This document shows positions 1 to 9,078 of a DNA stretch of 64,000 nucleotides, piece by piece. The stretch's first letter is position 1. Each line of letters starts with the position of its first letter. The position numbers were made by a program, and so were the translations under genes. This DNA is from Arcticibacterium sp. (GTDB taxonomy: Bacteria > Bacteroidota > Bacteroidia > Cytophagales > Spirosomataceae), in assembly GCA_047623945.1 (NCBI GenBank), contig JBLHOT010000012.1, positions 2,062-66,061 of the forward strand. The letters run 5' to 3'. The notes under the pieces were generated by a model, which made no database searches, was not told the DNA's origin, and saw nothing but the letters and a program-made list of their open reading frames with translations.

Positions 1-1343
1 GAGTTGTTACCCAAATTCGCTCCTCTAGAACCTGCAAAAAATCCTTTTATATCATAAACAGGAAGAAGTGGATGGTGTTTATAACTTCCAGCAACTGCAT
101 TTTGCTCTTGGCTGTTACTAAAACCACCTTTACGGTTGTCAAATGATACAGATAAGTTTTCTCCTATTTTAAGACGCTTATTCATTGCAGAGAACTCCGT
201 GTTGGTACGGATAGTGTATCTATCATAACCAATAAACTTAACTACACCATCTTGGCTGAAATAACTTAGAGATAAAGCATATCTTCCGTTTTCTGTTCCG
301 CCAGATGCTGATACTTGATAATTTTGGATTGGAGAAGTCTGCGTAAGTTCATTCCACCAGTTGGTATCAGCTGAACGTACGATTGCATTTACATTTTGAG
401 GTGTTAATGAGTATGTTGACTCATCTACACTACCCAATGAACCTCTACTTGGGAATACATAATCAGGAATGGTTACTTCACCGTTAGACCCAAAAGTATA
501 CTGCCCGTGAGCTGGTGTTTTTCCAGCGTATTTATCTGCTAGGTATAAGTACTGACCTAATTCTTCAGCATTTAAAGCATCAACGTTTTGTGCATTTTTT
601 TGAATTCCATAATAAGAATTGAAAGAAACAACAGGTTTTCCGATTTTCCCTTGCTTAGTTGTTACAATTACAACACCATTTGCCGCACGTGAACCATAAA
701 TAGAGGCCGCAGATGCGTCTTTAAGTATTTGAATGGTTTCAATGTCGTTAGGGTTAAGGTTTCCAGAGTTCTCAGTAGGAACGCCGTCAATAACGAAAAG
801 TGGATCGTTATTACCAATAGTTCCAAAACCACGAATACGAACTGTTGCATTTCCACCAGGTGTAGCATCATTTACAACATTAAGACCAGAAGCACGACCT
901 TGTAACTGCTGAGCAAAAGTGGTCGCTGGTACAGCTTTCAAGTCATCAGCATTTACGGTAGTAACAGCTCCAGTAATTTCTCTTTTTGACTGTGTCCCGT
1001 AGCCGGTTACTACAACCTCATCTAGAGTTTGATTATCAGCCTCAAGTACTATTTGTAAAGTTGTTTTGTTTCCAACCTCAACATCTTGAGTAAGGTAACC
1101 GATAGAACTAAAAACTAAAACACCGTTAGAAGCTGAAACATCAATTGTAAAATTACCGTCAGCGTCAGTAATTGTACCTTGAGTAGTTCCTTTTACAACC
1201 ACACTTACTCCTGGAATACTAAAAGAAGTATTGTCTGAAACAGACCCAGAAACATTCCTCTGTTGCGAATAGGCATTTAGGTTGATTAGAAATAGAAAAG
1301 CGATACCTAAGCTGAGGTATCTAAAAGGTACATTTTTTCTCAT
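1..1343 (-). CDS. SusC/RagA-family TonB-dependent outer-membrane receptor, N-terminal ~447 codons (rest lies beyond the window start)
   Basis: Own translation of the minus strand from ATG 1343..1341: MRKNVPFRYLSLGIAFLFLINLNAYSQQRNVSGSVSDNTSFSIPGVSVVVKGTTQGTITDADGNFTI (CarboxypepD_reg-like), then LDEVVVTGYGTQSKREITGAVTTV, VRIRGFGTIGNNDPLFVIDGVP and IQILKDASAASIYGSRAANGVVIVTTKQG (plug). The frame stays open to base 1. It is absent from the ORF track because it is edge-truncated. Confidence 0.85.
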   Translation of the reverse strand, partial: MRKNVPFRYLSLGIAFLFLINLNAYSQQRNVSGSVSDNTSFSIPGVSVVVKGTTQGTITDADGNFTIDVSASNGVLVFSSIGYLTQDVEVGNKTTLQIVLEADNQTLDEVVVTGYGTQSKREITGAVTTVNADDLKAVPATTFAQQLQGRASGLNVVNDATPGGNATVRIRGFGTIGNNDPLFVIDGVPTENSGNLNPNDIETIQILKDASAASIYGSRAANGVVIVTTKQGKIGKPVVSFNSYYGIQKNAQNVDALNAEELGQYLYLADKYAGKTPAHGQYTFGSNGEVTIPDYVFPSRGSLGSVDESTYSLTPQNVNAIVRSADTNWWNELTQTSPIQNYQVSASGGTENGRYALSLSYFSQDGVVKFIGYDRYTIRTNTEFSAMNKRLKIGENLSVSFDNRKGGFSNSQEQNAVAGSYKHHPLLPVYDIKGFFAGSRGANLGNN

Positions 1344-1348
1344 AAGTT

Positions 1349-1390
1349 AATTGTCGTTTAGAATAAAATAATTGTCGTTTAGAATAAAAT
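1349..1390. repeat. Perfect 21-bp direct tandem repeat (2 copies, plus a degenerate partial third copy at 1391..1400)
   Basis: aattgtcgtttagaataaaat at 1349..1369 is repeated exactly at 1370..1390. It is followed by aatagacgtt, which matches the repeat start at 8 of 10 positions. The repeat begins 5 nt upstream of the SusC-like ATG. Confidence 0.95.
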
Positions 1391-1437
1391 AATAGACGTT
1401 ATAGGTTAAATTAATCGTCGTATGATAGTTAAAAAAA

Positions 1438-1445
1438 CAAATCTA
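1438..1445 (-). promoter_or_regulatory. Candidate Bacteroidota -7 promoter box for the SusC-like gene
   Basis: The minus strand reads TAGATTTG, matching TAnnTTTG. It lies 94 nt upstream of the ATG, so the tandem repeat would fall in the 5' leader. Confidence 0.3.
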
Positions 1446-1573
1446 TGAATTGACTTTGAATTATTCATCGTTTTTAAAAAAAAATTAATAATGCTGAAAT
1501 AATTAGGCTATTGTTTAGAAGTAATTCCCTTCTTCCTATTCTACCTTTACGCAAAAGCAACCCAAACCATTTC

Positions 1574-4500
1574 ATGTTAAAGGTAAATCTGCCAATCGTT
1601 TTACTATTTATTTACACAATTTGCCTATCGGGGTGTAATAGTACTCCAACCCTTTTCGAGCAACTTTCACCCAACCACACTGGCGTCACATTTTCTAACA
1701 GAATAAATACCAATGATACTTTAAATATTATCACCACCGAATATGTTTATAATGGCGGTGGAGTAGGAATCGCCGATTTTAATAATGACGGCCTTCAAGA
1801 TATTTTTTTTAGCGGTAATCAAGTAGGAAATGAATTATACATAAATAAAGGTGAGTTCAAATTTGAAAATATATCTAAATCTGCCAACATCAATGTACCA
1901 AACCGATGGTGCTCCGGAGTGTCAATTGTGGATATTAATGCTGACGGGCTAATGGATGTTTATGTTTCGGCTACCCTATATAAAGATTCCAATCGCCGAA
2001 AAAACTTATTATTCGTAAATCAGGGCCTTTTGAATGGTTACCCTTCATTTAAAGAAATAGCTGAAGAATACGGGATTGCAGATAATGGTCATGGAGAACA
2101 TGCTGCTTTTTTTGACTATGACAATGATGGAGATCTTGATTTGTATGTTCTTATAGATGTGATTGACCAAAACCCAAGCATTTTCCGTGAAAAAGTAAAT
2201 GATGGTTCGTATCCAAATACAGATAGATTGTATAAAAATGAATATTCTCAGTCTCTAGGTCATCCTGTTTTCAAAAACGTTTCTAATGAAGCAGGAATCA
2301 CAAAAGAGGGGTTTGGCCTGGGGCTAACCATTTGTGACATTAACCTCGATGGCTGGAAAGATATTTACGTCACAAATGATTATGCGGCTGATGATTTAGT
2401 ATATATCAATAATAAGGATGGTACATTCAGCGATGAAGCTTCGCGATTTTTTAAACATACGAGTAACTCCGCGATGGGTAATGACGTTGCCGACATAAAT
2501 AACGACGGCTTACCAGACATGGTTGCCTTAGATATGAAGCCAGAGGACAACGTTCGAAAAAAGTTATTGGCTTCCCCAAACAATTATTATACCTATCAGT
2601 TTGCTGATAAGTTTAGCTACAATCACCAGTACGTAAGAAACACTTTACAGTTAAACTCAGGCTACGATCCGGCCAACAAGCAGCTCCCTTTTTCAGAAAT
2701 AAGTTTATTGGCCGGTGTGGCCAATACGGATTGGAGCTGGTGTCCTTCTCTTGCAGACTTTGATAATGATGGCTTTCGAGACTTGTTAATTACAAATGGA
2801 TTTCCAAAAGATGTCACAGACCGTGATTTTATGGCTTTTAGGCAAGGTATTAGCTCCATCGCATCGGCCGACTATTTAATGCCTTTTATTCCCGAGGTTA
2901 AAATCTCCAATTATGCGTTTAAAAATAATGGAGATTTAACCTTCGAAGATAAAACATCTTCCTGGGGACTTAATATCCCCTCTTTTTCTAATGGTGCTGC
3001 TTATGGCGACTTAGATAATGACGGCGATTTAGATTATGTAGTCAATAATATCAATGACTCTGCTTTTGTTTTTAAAAATACCCTCCGAGAATTGAATCCA
3101 GAAAACTCCAATTACTTACGAATTCAATTTAAAGGTGATGCACCAAACAATATCGGATTGGGAGCTGTAGTAAAAGGAACTTTTGAAAACGGTACACAAT
3201 TTTATGCAGAGAATTTACCTGTTCGAGGGTATTTGTCATCTGTTGAGCCAATCATACATATTGGACTAAAAAGTGACACTTTATTAAAAGAATTAATTAT
3301 CATTTGGCCTTCAGGAAAGGCACAAAAGTTAAATAACATTAAAGCAAATCAAGTTTTGACTGCCCACCAAGCTGAAGCAAATCTTGATTATAACTTTGAC
3401 AAGATACCTCCAACAACTCTTTTCGATGAGCAGGAGCTCAATTTCAAACATGAAGAGACCGATTTTATTGATTTTAACATCCAAAACTTATTACCTCAGA
3501 AATTATCTCAAAGTGGGCCATCTATGGCCGTAGGAGATGTAAACAATGATGGGTTGGACGATGTGTACATTGGAGGCTCTCGATTTAAAAGCGGTAGTTT
3601 ATTGATACAAACTTTTTCCGGAAATTTTGTTGAAAAACTGTTATTTGAACTACCAGACCCAACACAAAAACTCAATGAAGAAATGGGCAGTCTTCTCTTC
3701 GATGCTGACCAAGATGGAGATTTAGATTTATACATTGTAAATGGAGGCAACGAAGGCGATCTCGAAAGTAACGTATACCATGATCAGTTTTTTATAAACG
3801 ATGGGAAAGGTAATTTCCAGCTTTTGGAAGATGTAATTCCAAAATTAACGATTGCTGGGTCTTGTGTAAGGGCAGATGATTATGACAATGATGGAGATTT
3901 AGACTTATTTATTGGAGGTAGAAATTCCCCTTTCCAATATCCAAAAGCCACATCAAGTATTTTACTTAGAAATGAGTCAATAAAAGGCAAGATTCATTTT
4001 ACAGACGTCACAAACTCAGTCATACCAGCGATGATAAATGTAGGTATGGTGAACGATGCGATTTGGACAGATATAGACAATGATGGTGATCGAGATTTAA
4101 TGATTGCCGGTGATTTTATGCCCATCTCTGTTTTTGAAAATTCGAAAGGCAAATTCGAAAAAATGAAAGCTACAGGACTAGAAAGCTTTCTAGGAATGTT
4201 TAGTAGCTTAAATGGTGGTGACTTTGATGGAGATGGTGATATTGACTTCATTGCAGGCAACGTTGGCCGAAACGCACTCTTTAAAGGCTCTGCAAAATAT
4301 CCTTCCAAAATTATTTCGGGCGACTTAGATAATAATGGAAATTATGATGTCATTCCATTTACCTATTTACCTGAGTCAAACCGTATTAAGTCTTTAAAGC
4401 TGGTGCCGTTTAATTCTAAAGATGATGTAGATAAGCAGCTAAACCTCCTTAAGGGACGTTTTATTACTTATGAAGCATTTGGAGCTGCTACATTTGAAAA

Positions 4501-5077
4501 CTTGTTGGACCCTAAAATGATGCAAGATGCCGAGGAACACACCTTAAACTTCAATCCATCAATATATATTGAAAATAAAGGGCAAGGGAAATTTGAAGTA
4601 AAAGAGCTACCCTTACCAGCTCAAGTCTCTCCCGTTAATGGTATTTTAATTGAAGACTTTAACAACGACACTAATATGGATGTCTTGCTAATTGGCAATA
4701 ATTATGGCAACGAACTTTCAGTGGGCAGATACGATGCATCAAATGGGCTTTTACTCCTTGGAGATGGAAGGGGTGATTTCAAGCCAACAAATACTTCTGG
4801 ATTTAATGTTACTGGTGACTCAAAAGCACTGGTTAAATACATAAATAATAATGGAAGTATGGAGATAATAGCCTCTCAAAATAGAGGGGAAGCCAAAAGG
4901 TTTAGGTCAAAAATTAGTGGTAAAGTGATTAACCCAAGGCCAGACCAAACGCGGATTAACTATCTATACAAAGGAAAAAAAGTTGTGATAGAGTTATATC
5001 ACGGATCTTCCTATTTATCACAATCAAGCCGGAAAGTGCTTATTCCTAAAGATGCAGAAATATTATCTATACACTAA
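1574..5077 (+). CDS. VCBS/FG-GAP repeat lipoprotein with ASPIC/UnbV domains (CRTAC1-like)
   Basis: Many FG-GAP/VCBS calcium-binding repeats are present (DFNNDGLQDIF, DINADGLMDVY, DYDNDGDLDLY, DINNDGLPDMV, DLDNDGDLDYV, DADQDGDLDLY and others). An UnbV/ASPIC-like segment reads RIQFKGDAPNNIGLGAVVKG...RGYLSSVEPIIHIGL. I re-called the start to ATG 1574, giving MLKVNLPIVLLFIYTICLSGC with lipobox LSGC. The track start at 1511 is a TTG extension. Confidence 0.85.
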   Translation: MLKVNLPIVLLFIYTICLSGCNSTPTLFEQLSPNHTGVTFSNRINTNDTLNIITTEYVYNGGGVGIADFNNDGLQDIFFSGNQVGNELYINKGEFKFENISKSANINVPNRWCSGVSIVDINADGLMDVYVSATLYKDSNRRKNLLFVNQGLLNGYPSFKEIAEEYGIADNGHGEHAAFFDYDNDGDLDLYVLIDVIDQNPSIFREKVNDGSYPNTDRLYKNEYSQSLGHPVFKNVSNEAGITKEGFGLGLTICDINLDGWKDIYVTNDYAADDLVYINNKDGTFSDEASRFFKHTSNSAMGNDVADINNDGLPDMVALDMKPEDNVRKKLLASPNNYYTYQFADKFSYNHQYVRNTLQLNSGYDPANKQLPFSEISLLAGVANTDWSWCPSLADFDNDGFRDLLITNGFPKDVTDRDFMAFRQGISSIASADYLMPFIPEVKISNYAFKNNGDLTFEDKTSSWGLNIPSFSNGAAYGDLDNDGDLDYVVNNINDSAFVFKNTLRELNPENSNYLRIQFKGDAPNNIGLGAVVKGTFENGTQFYAENLPVRGYLSSVEPIIHIGLKSDTLLKELIIIWPSGKAQKLNNIKANQVLTAHQAEANLDYNFDKIPPTTLFDEQELNFKHEETDFIDFNIQNLLPQKLSQSGPSMAVGDVNNDGLDDVYIGGSRFKSGSLLIQTFSGNFVEKLLFELPDPTQKLNEEMGSLLFDADQDGDLDLYIVNGGNEGDLESNVYHDQFFINDGKGNFQLLEDVIPKLTIAGSCVRADDYDNDGDLDLFIGGRNSPFQYPKATSSILLRNESIKGKIHFTDVTNSVIPAMINVGMVNDAIWTDIDNDGDRDLMIAGDFMPISVFENSKGKFEKMKATGLESFLGMFSSLNGGDFDGDGDIDFIAGNVGRNALFKGSAKYPSKIISGDLDNNGNYDVIPFTYLPESNRIKSLKLVPFNSKDDVDKQLNLLKGRFITYEAFGAATFENLLDPKMMQDAEEHTLNFNPSIYIENKGQGKFEVKELPLPAQVSPVNGILIEDFNNDTNMDVLLIGNNYGNELSVGRYDASNGLLLLGDGRGDFKPTNTSGFNVTGDSKALVKYINNNGSMEIIASQNRGEAKRFRSKISGKVINPRPDQTRINYLYKGKKVVIELYHGSSYLSQSSRKVLIPKDAEILSIH

Positions 5078-5176
5078 AAGTGTATCTATAATTAATGTGC
5101 TAACAACACGTTTGAGGCAGAAAACTGGACTAGAAGAGCCAAGCCACTATGACTTTGCATTACATCACCACATGAA

Positions 5177-5184
5177 TATATTTG
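5177..5184 (+). promoter_or_regulatory. Candidate -7 promoter box
   Basis: TATATTTG matches TAnnTTTG and ends 19 nt upstream of ATG 5204. Confidence 0.35.
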
Positions 5185-5203
5185 CAACTAATTAATTCAA
5201 CTA

Positions 5204-6121
5204 ATGAAAAAAAAATTAATACTTCTCTTGGCTACGGCCTTTGCTTTCACTTCATGTAACTCATCTTCCGAAGGTGATAAAAACCAAATCACCATTGGTG
5301 TTTCCATGTTAAGTATGCAAAATGAATTTATTGTTAACGTAGCCGACGAAATGGAAAAGAAAGCCGAAGAAATGGATGTTAGGCTAATCTTGGTAGATGC
5401 TGAGAGGTCTGCCTTAAAACAAATGGAGCAAGTTGAAAGTTTTATAGCACAAGGAGTGGATGCTATAATTCTAAACCCATGTGAGGTGGAAGCAAGTTCT
5501 CCAGCAGTTTCAAGGGCTCTAGCTGCAAACATCCCTATTATTAATGTCAATTCTGAAACAAGTGTACAACCTTCAGCTTTCGTAGGCTCCAATGACGTGG
5601 AGTCAGCCAGAATTGCCATGGCCCATATTGCAGAAAAATTAGGTGGCAATGGCAACATTGTTATTATTCAGGGATTTATGGGACAAGCTGCTCAAATACA
5701 AAGAGAAGAAGGAGCAAAAGAGGTATTGAAAGCCCACCCCGGAATTCATTTATTGGCAGAGCAAACTGGCGAATGGGATCGATCTAAAAGTATGGATTTG
5801 ATGCAAAATTGGATTCAGTCCTATGGAGATAAAATTGACGCCGTTTTTGCACAAAATGACGAAATGGGTCTGGGAGCTGTAAAAGCATTGGAGAACGCCG
5901 GAATGAAAGAGAAAGTTTTAGTTGTGAGTATTGATGCCATCCAAGATGCCTTACAAGCGGTCAAAAAAGGCACTTTAGACGCCACCGTTTTTCAAAATGC
6001 TCAAGAGCAAGGAGCCGCGGCAGTAGTAACAGCAGTTAAACTTGCAAAAGGGGAAATCGTAGATAAGCAAGTCTTAATACCCTTTCAATTGGTCACCAAA
6101 GAAAATGTTGACCAGTTTTAA
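5204..6121 (+). CDS. Periplasmic sugar-binding protein, PBP type 1 (ribose/galactose-binding-like), lipoprotein
   Basis: Signal peptide with lipobox MKKKLILLLATAFAFTSC. Overall RbsB-like pattern: ITIGVSMLSMQNEF, VDAIILNP, IPIINVNSE, FVGSNDVESA, NGNIVIIQG, AVFAQNDEMGLGAVKAL and ATVFQNAQEQG. Confidence 0.8.
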   Translation: MKKKLILLLATAFAFTSCNSSSEGDKNQITIGVSMLSMQNEFIVNVADEMEKKAEEMDVRLILVDAERSALKQMEQVESFIAQGVDAIILNPCEVEASSPAVSRALAANIPIINVNSETSVQPSAFVGSNDVESARIAMAHIAEKLGGNGNIVIIQGFMGQAAQIQREEGAKEVLKAHPGIHLLAEQTGEWDRSKSMDLMQNWIQSYGDKIDAVFAQNDEMGLGAVKALENAGMKEKVLVVSIDAIQDALQAVKKGTLDATVFQNAQEQGAAAVVTAVKLAKGEIVDKQVLIPFQLVTKENVDQF

Positions 6122-6370
6122 TTATTGATTTGATTCAAAACTTACCAGTAAAAAGAGTAGACTGAACTTAAGAAAAGTAGCTTATTTATACCTTAATACG
6201 CTAGTGAAAAGGCATTTAGGCCCAAATGGAGCGTCCAATACTGTCCTATAAGGACGCATTTTGCCTTTCAATTATTACGCTTTTGATAGATTATTCTCTT
6301 ATTTTAACATTACGAACACTATTAGGCCATTTGCCACAACCTTTTCCTCCATTTGTTCAAACCCAACTAT

Positions 6371-8989
6371 ATGAAAAAAAAACAAATACTTTCTCTTTTT
6401 ACGTTTTCGTGTTTATGTCTTTTGTTTTCTTGTACTCAAGACAATAAAGCATCGGTCGACAGTAATCCCAAAACGGCCAAATTAAAACTACAGCCTGGAT
6501 TTAAGGCGGAACACTTATATTCTCCCTCAGACAATAATCAGGGTTCTTGGGTATCTATGTGTTTCGATGACAAAGACAGAATGTTAGCCTCAGATCAATA
6601 TGGAGGCATTTATAGGATTAGTATTCCTGACTTAACTGGCTCTGATAGCCTGATAGTTGAAAAAATACAACTTGAAAATGACACCTTGAACTTTGGTGCT
6701 TCACAAGGTTTACTATACGCATTTAATAGCCTTTATGTGATGGTAAACAACCGCAGTTCTGATGACGTACCTAAGTCAAGTGGTTTATACAGAATGCAAG
6801 ATACTGATGGTAATGATGTTTATGATAAATTAACCCTTTTAAAGCAATTTGAAGGCTCCGGAGAACATGGCCCTCACAGTATAAAGTTGTCACCGGATGG
6901 TAAATCACTTTATTTAATTGCCGGAAACCATACAGACATTCCAGAGATGGATAGTTACAGATTACCAAAGACCTGGGAATATGACAATCTTTTTCCTGAA
7001 ATTAAGGATCCTAGAGGACATGCCAACAGCAGAAAAGAGCCAGGAGGGTGGGTTGCCAAAATTGACCCAGAAGGTAAGAATTGGGAACTCGTAAGTGCTG
7101 GATATAGAAATGCATTTGATATGGCCTTCAATGATGTAGGTGAGCTTTTCGTTTATGATGCAGACATGGAATGGGATTTTGGTACTCCTTGGTACCGTCC
7201 TACACGTATATGTCATGCCACCAGTGGCAGTGAATTTGGGTGGAGAACAGGAGATGGAAAATGGTCAGCAGATTTTCCAGACAATTTATCACCTGTCATT
7301 AATATTGGACAAGGGTCCCCTACCAATTTACTATATCTAAAAGGCTCAAATTTCCCTGAAAAGTATCAGCAAAGCTTGTTAGCGTTTGACTGGTCCTTTG
7401 GCATTATGCATGCTATTCATTTAAAACCAGAAGGGGCAAGCTACACAGCAGAGCGAGAAGAATTTCTTTCTGGCGTGCCTCTTCCTTTAACAGATGGAGC
7501 TATTGGTCCAGACGGAAATCTGTATTTCTTAACGGGTGGCAGAAGAATAGAATCTGATTTATACCGCATTTCTTATGATGGGAAAAATGACCTAGAAGAA
7601 ATGAAGGACTCAGAAATCACAGAAGAATTAGCACTAAGAAGAGAGCTGGAGAGCCTTCACAAAGTACCTAGTGCAGGAGCAGTTGAAAAAGCTTGGCCAA
7701 ATCTTAACCACACAGACAGATTCGTGAGATACGCCGCCAGAATCGTCTTAGAGCATCAATCCTTAGCAGATTGGAAAGCAAAAGCTTTAGAAGAGACAGA
7801 TGCCGTTACTCTGACCCAAGCTATGATAGCTATGGCTAGAATGGGAGATAAGAGCCTAAAGGAGGATATAATAAGCTCCTTAGGTAGTATTGAAATGTCT
7901 GAACTATCTGAATCTGAGAAAGTAGATGTGCTCAGAGCTTATGAGCTAGTTTTTGCTAGAATGGGTAAAACAAGCAATGGCACTATTTTAACTAGTATTG
8001 AGTCTCAATATCCTTCAGAGTCTTATAAGGTCAACAAGCAATTAAGTAAGCTTTTAGTATTTCTAGATTCTCCTGAAGTTGTAGGAAAAACTATGGCGAT
8101 GATAGAAAAAGGTTTCGACACCATTGGCCTTGATGAAACTGCGACGGCCTCTTCGGACCTGATTCTAAGAAATCCACAGTATGGTTTGGACATTGCCAAA
8201 ATGTTGGAAAAAGTACCTCCTATCCAAGAAACATTTTTAGCTATGACCTTAAGTCAAGCGAAAAAAGGCTGGACACCTGAGCTCTACGAGCAATATTTTT
8301 CATGGTATAAAAATGCCTTTAGTTTCAAAGGCGGGAATAGCTACGTCGGTTTCATAGATAAGGCAAGGAATATAGCCTTAGATAATGTTCCAAAAGCAAA
8401 AAGAGAGATGTACAATCTTCTTTCTGGAGCAGAGTTACTTTCAGGCAATGGCAATAATCTTGCAATGGACCAATACCCAGAGGGGCCTGGAAGAAATTGG
8501 GATTTAGCTGAAGCCAAAACCTTCTTTGAAGAACCATTGGCACACAGAGATTTTGAAAAAGGAAAATCTTGGTATTCTACGAGTACCTGTAATATATGCC
8601 ACAGCATCAATGGTGAAGGTGGAAATATTGGGCCAGATTTGACAAATATTGGCACCCGATTCACAAATAATGACTTGTTAGAGGCCATTTTAGAGCCTAG
8701 CAATACTATTTCTGACCAATATGCAGCCACAGAATTTCAACTAAAAAATGGCGAAAGCATTATTGCCAAAATAGTTAGTCAAGATGATGCTGTTTATTCA
8801 GTTTCCCAAAATCCATACGACCCAAATACGCTTATGGAGATTAAGAAGTCCGATGTAAAAAATCAGCAATACTCCAAAATATCAATGATGCTACCTAGAT
8901 TAGTTAATTCATTGAATGAAGAAGAGCTAAAGGACTTAGTGGCCTTTGTAATGTCAGGTGGTAAGTCTGAAAACGAAGTTTTCAAATAA
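6371..8989 (+). CDS. Membrane-bound-dehydrogenase-domain / HEAT-repeat / c-type haem-binding fusion lipoprotein (PVC-type CxxCH haem-binding family)
   Basis: Lipobox MKKKQILSLFTFSCLCLLFSC from ATG 6371. The N-terminal region looks like a beta-propeller (GPHSIKLSPDGKSLYLIAGNHT, FGTPWYRPTRICH, GWRTGDGKW). The middle is alpha-helical and HEAT-like. The C-terminal CNICHSINGEGGNIGPDLTNIGTRF...LLEAILEPSNTISDQY is a single CxxCH haem c site of the Pirellula/Verrucomicrobium type. The track start at 6353 is a TTG extension. Confidence 0.8.
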   Translation: MKKKQILSLFTFSCLCLLFSCTQDNKASVDSNPKTAKLKLQPGFKAEHLYSPSDNNQGSWVSMCFDDKDRMLASDQYGGIYRISIPDLTGSDSLIVEKIQLENDTLNFGASQGLLYAFNSLYVMVNNRSSDDVPKSSGLYRMQDTDGNDVYDKLTLLKQFEGSGEHGPHSIKLSPDGKSLYLIAGNHTDIPEMDSYRLPKTWEYDNLFPEIKDPRGHANSRKEPGGWVAKIDPEGKNWELVSAGYRNAFDMAFNDVGELFVYDADMEWDFGTPWYRPTRICHATSGSEFGWRTGDGKWSADFPDNLSPVINIGQGSPTNLLYLKGSNFPEKYQQSLLAFDWSFGIMHAIHLKPEGASYTAEREEFLSGVPLPLTDGAIGPDGNLYFLTGGRRIESDLYRISYDGKNDLEEMKDSEITEELALRRELESLHKVPSAGAVEKAWPNLNHTDRFVRYAARIVLEHQSLADWKAKALEETDAVTLTQAMIAMARMGDKSLKEDIISSLGSIEMSELSESEKVDVLRAYELVFARMGKTSNGTILTSIESQYPSESYKVNKQLSKLLVFLDSPEVVGKTMAMIEKGFDTIGLDETATASSDLILRNPQYGLDIAKMLEKVPPIQETFLAMTLSQAKKGWTPELYEQYFSWYKNAFSFKGGNSYVGFIDKARNIALDNVPKAKREMYNLLSGAELLSGNGNNLAMDQYPEGPGRNWDLAEAKTFFEEPLAHRDFEKGKSWYSTSTCNICHSINGEGGNIGPDLTNIGTRFTNNDLLEAILEPSNTISDQYAATEFQLKNGESIIAKIVSQDDAVYSVSQNPYDPNTLMEIKKSDVKNQQYSKISMMLPRLVNSLNEEELKDLVAFVMSGGKSENEVFK

Positions 8990-9001
8990 GATTTAAAAAA
9001 G

Positions 9002-9041
9002 AATGAGCAGATTTAATTTAAAATTAAATCTGCTCATTTTA
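9002..9041 (+). terminator. Rho-independent terminator
   Basis: Perfect palindrome: aatgagcagatttaattt (9002..9019) pairs with aaattaaatctgctcatt (9021..9038) and runs into a T tract. It lies 13 nt after the stop at 8989. Confidence 0.7.
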
Positions 9042-9078
9042 GAAAAACGTTAAGTATATATCAAAACAGTTTAACATT

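Noticed and set aside
1511-1573. N-terminal extensions of track ORFs: 1511, 6353, 20763, 27343, 28743, 47403, 49850 and 56564
   Set aside because: In each case an internal ATG gives a canonical N-terminus (signal peptide, lipobox or a conserved family start). The extension either begins with TTG, overlaps the neighbouring gene, or (for 49850) sits in a terminator loop.
5197-5658. A 153-aa minus-strand ORF antisense to the sugar-binding protein gene, and similar long antisense ORFs at 8341..8730, 27623..28072, 35878..36318, 58407..58727 and 31220..31567
   Set aside because: All lie entirely inside well-supported genes on the opposite strand. Their composition is low-complexity and rich in Ser, Leu and Ala, as is typical of shadow frames. 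They show no recognisable motifs and have no upstream -7 box.
6226-6447. A 73-aa plus-strand ORF spanning the spacer and the 5' end of the dehydrogenase-cytochrome c gene
   Set aside because: It overlaps the lipoprotein signal peptide of the real gene in another frame. It has no motif support and no promoter-like element. It is most likely a chance ORF in AT-rich spacer.
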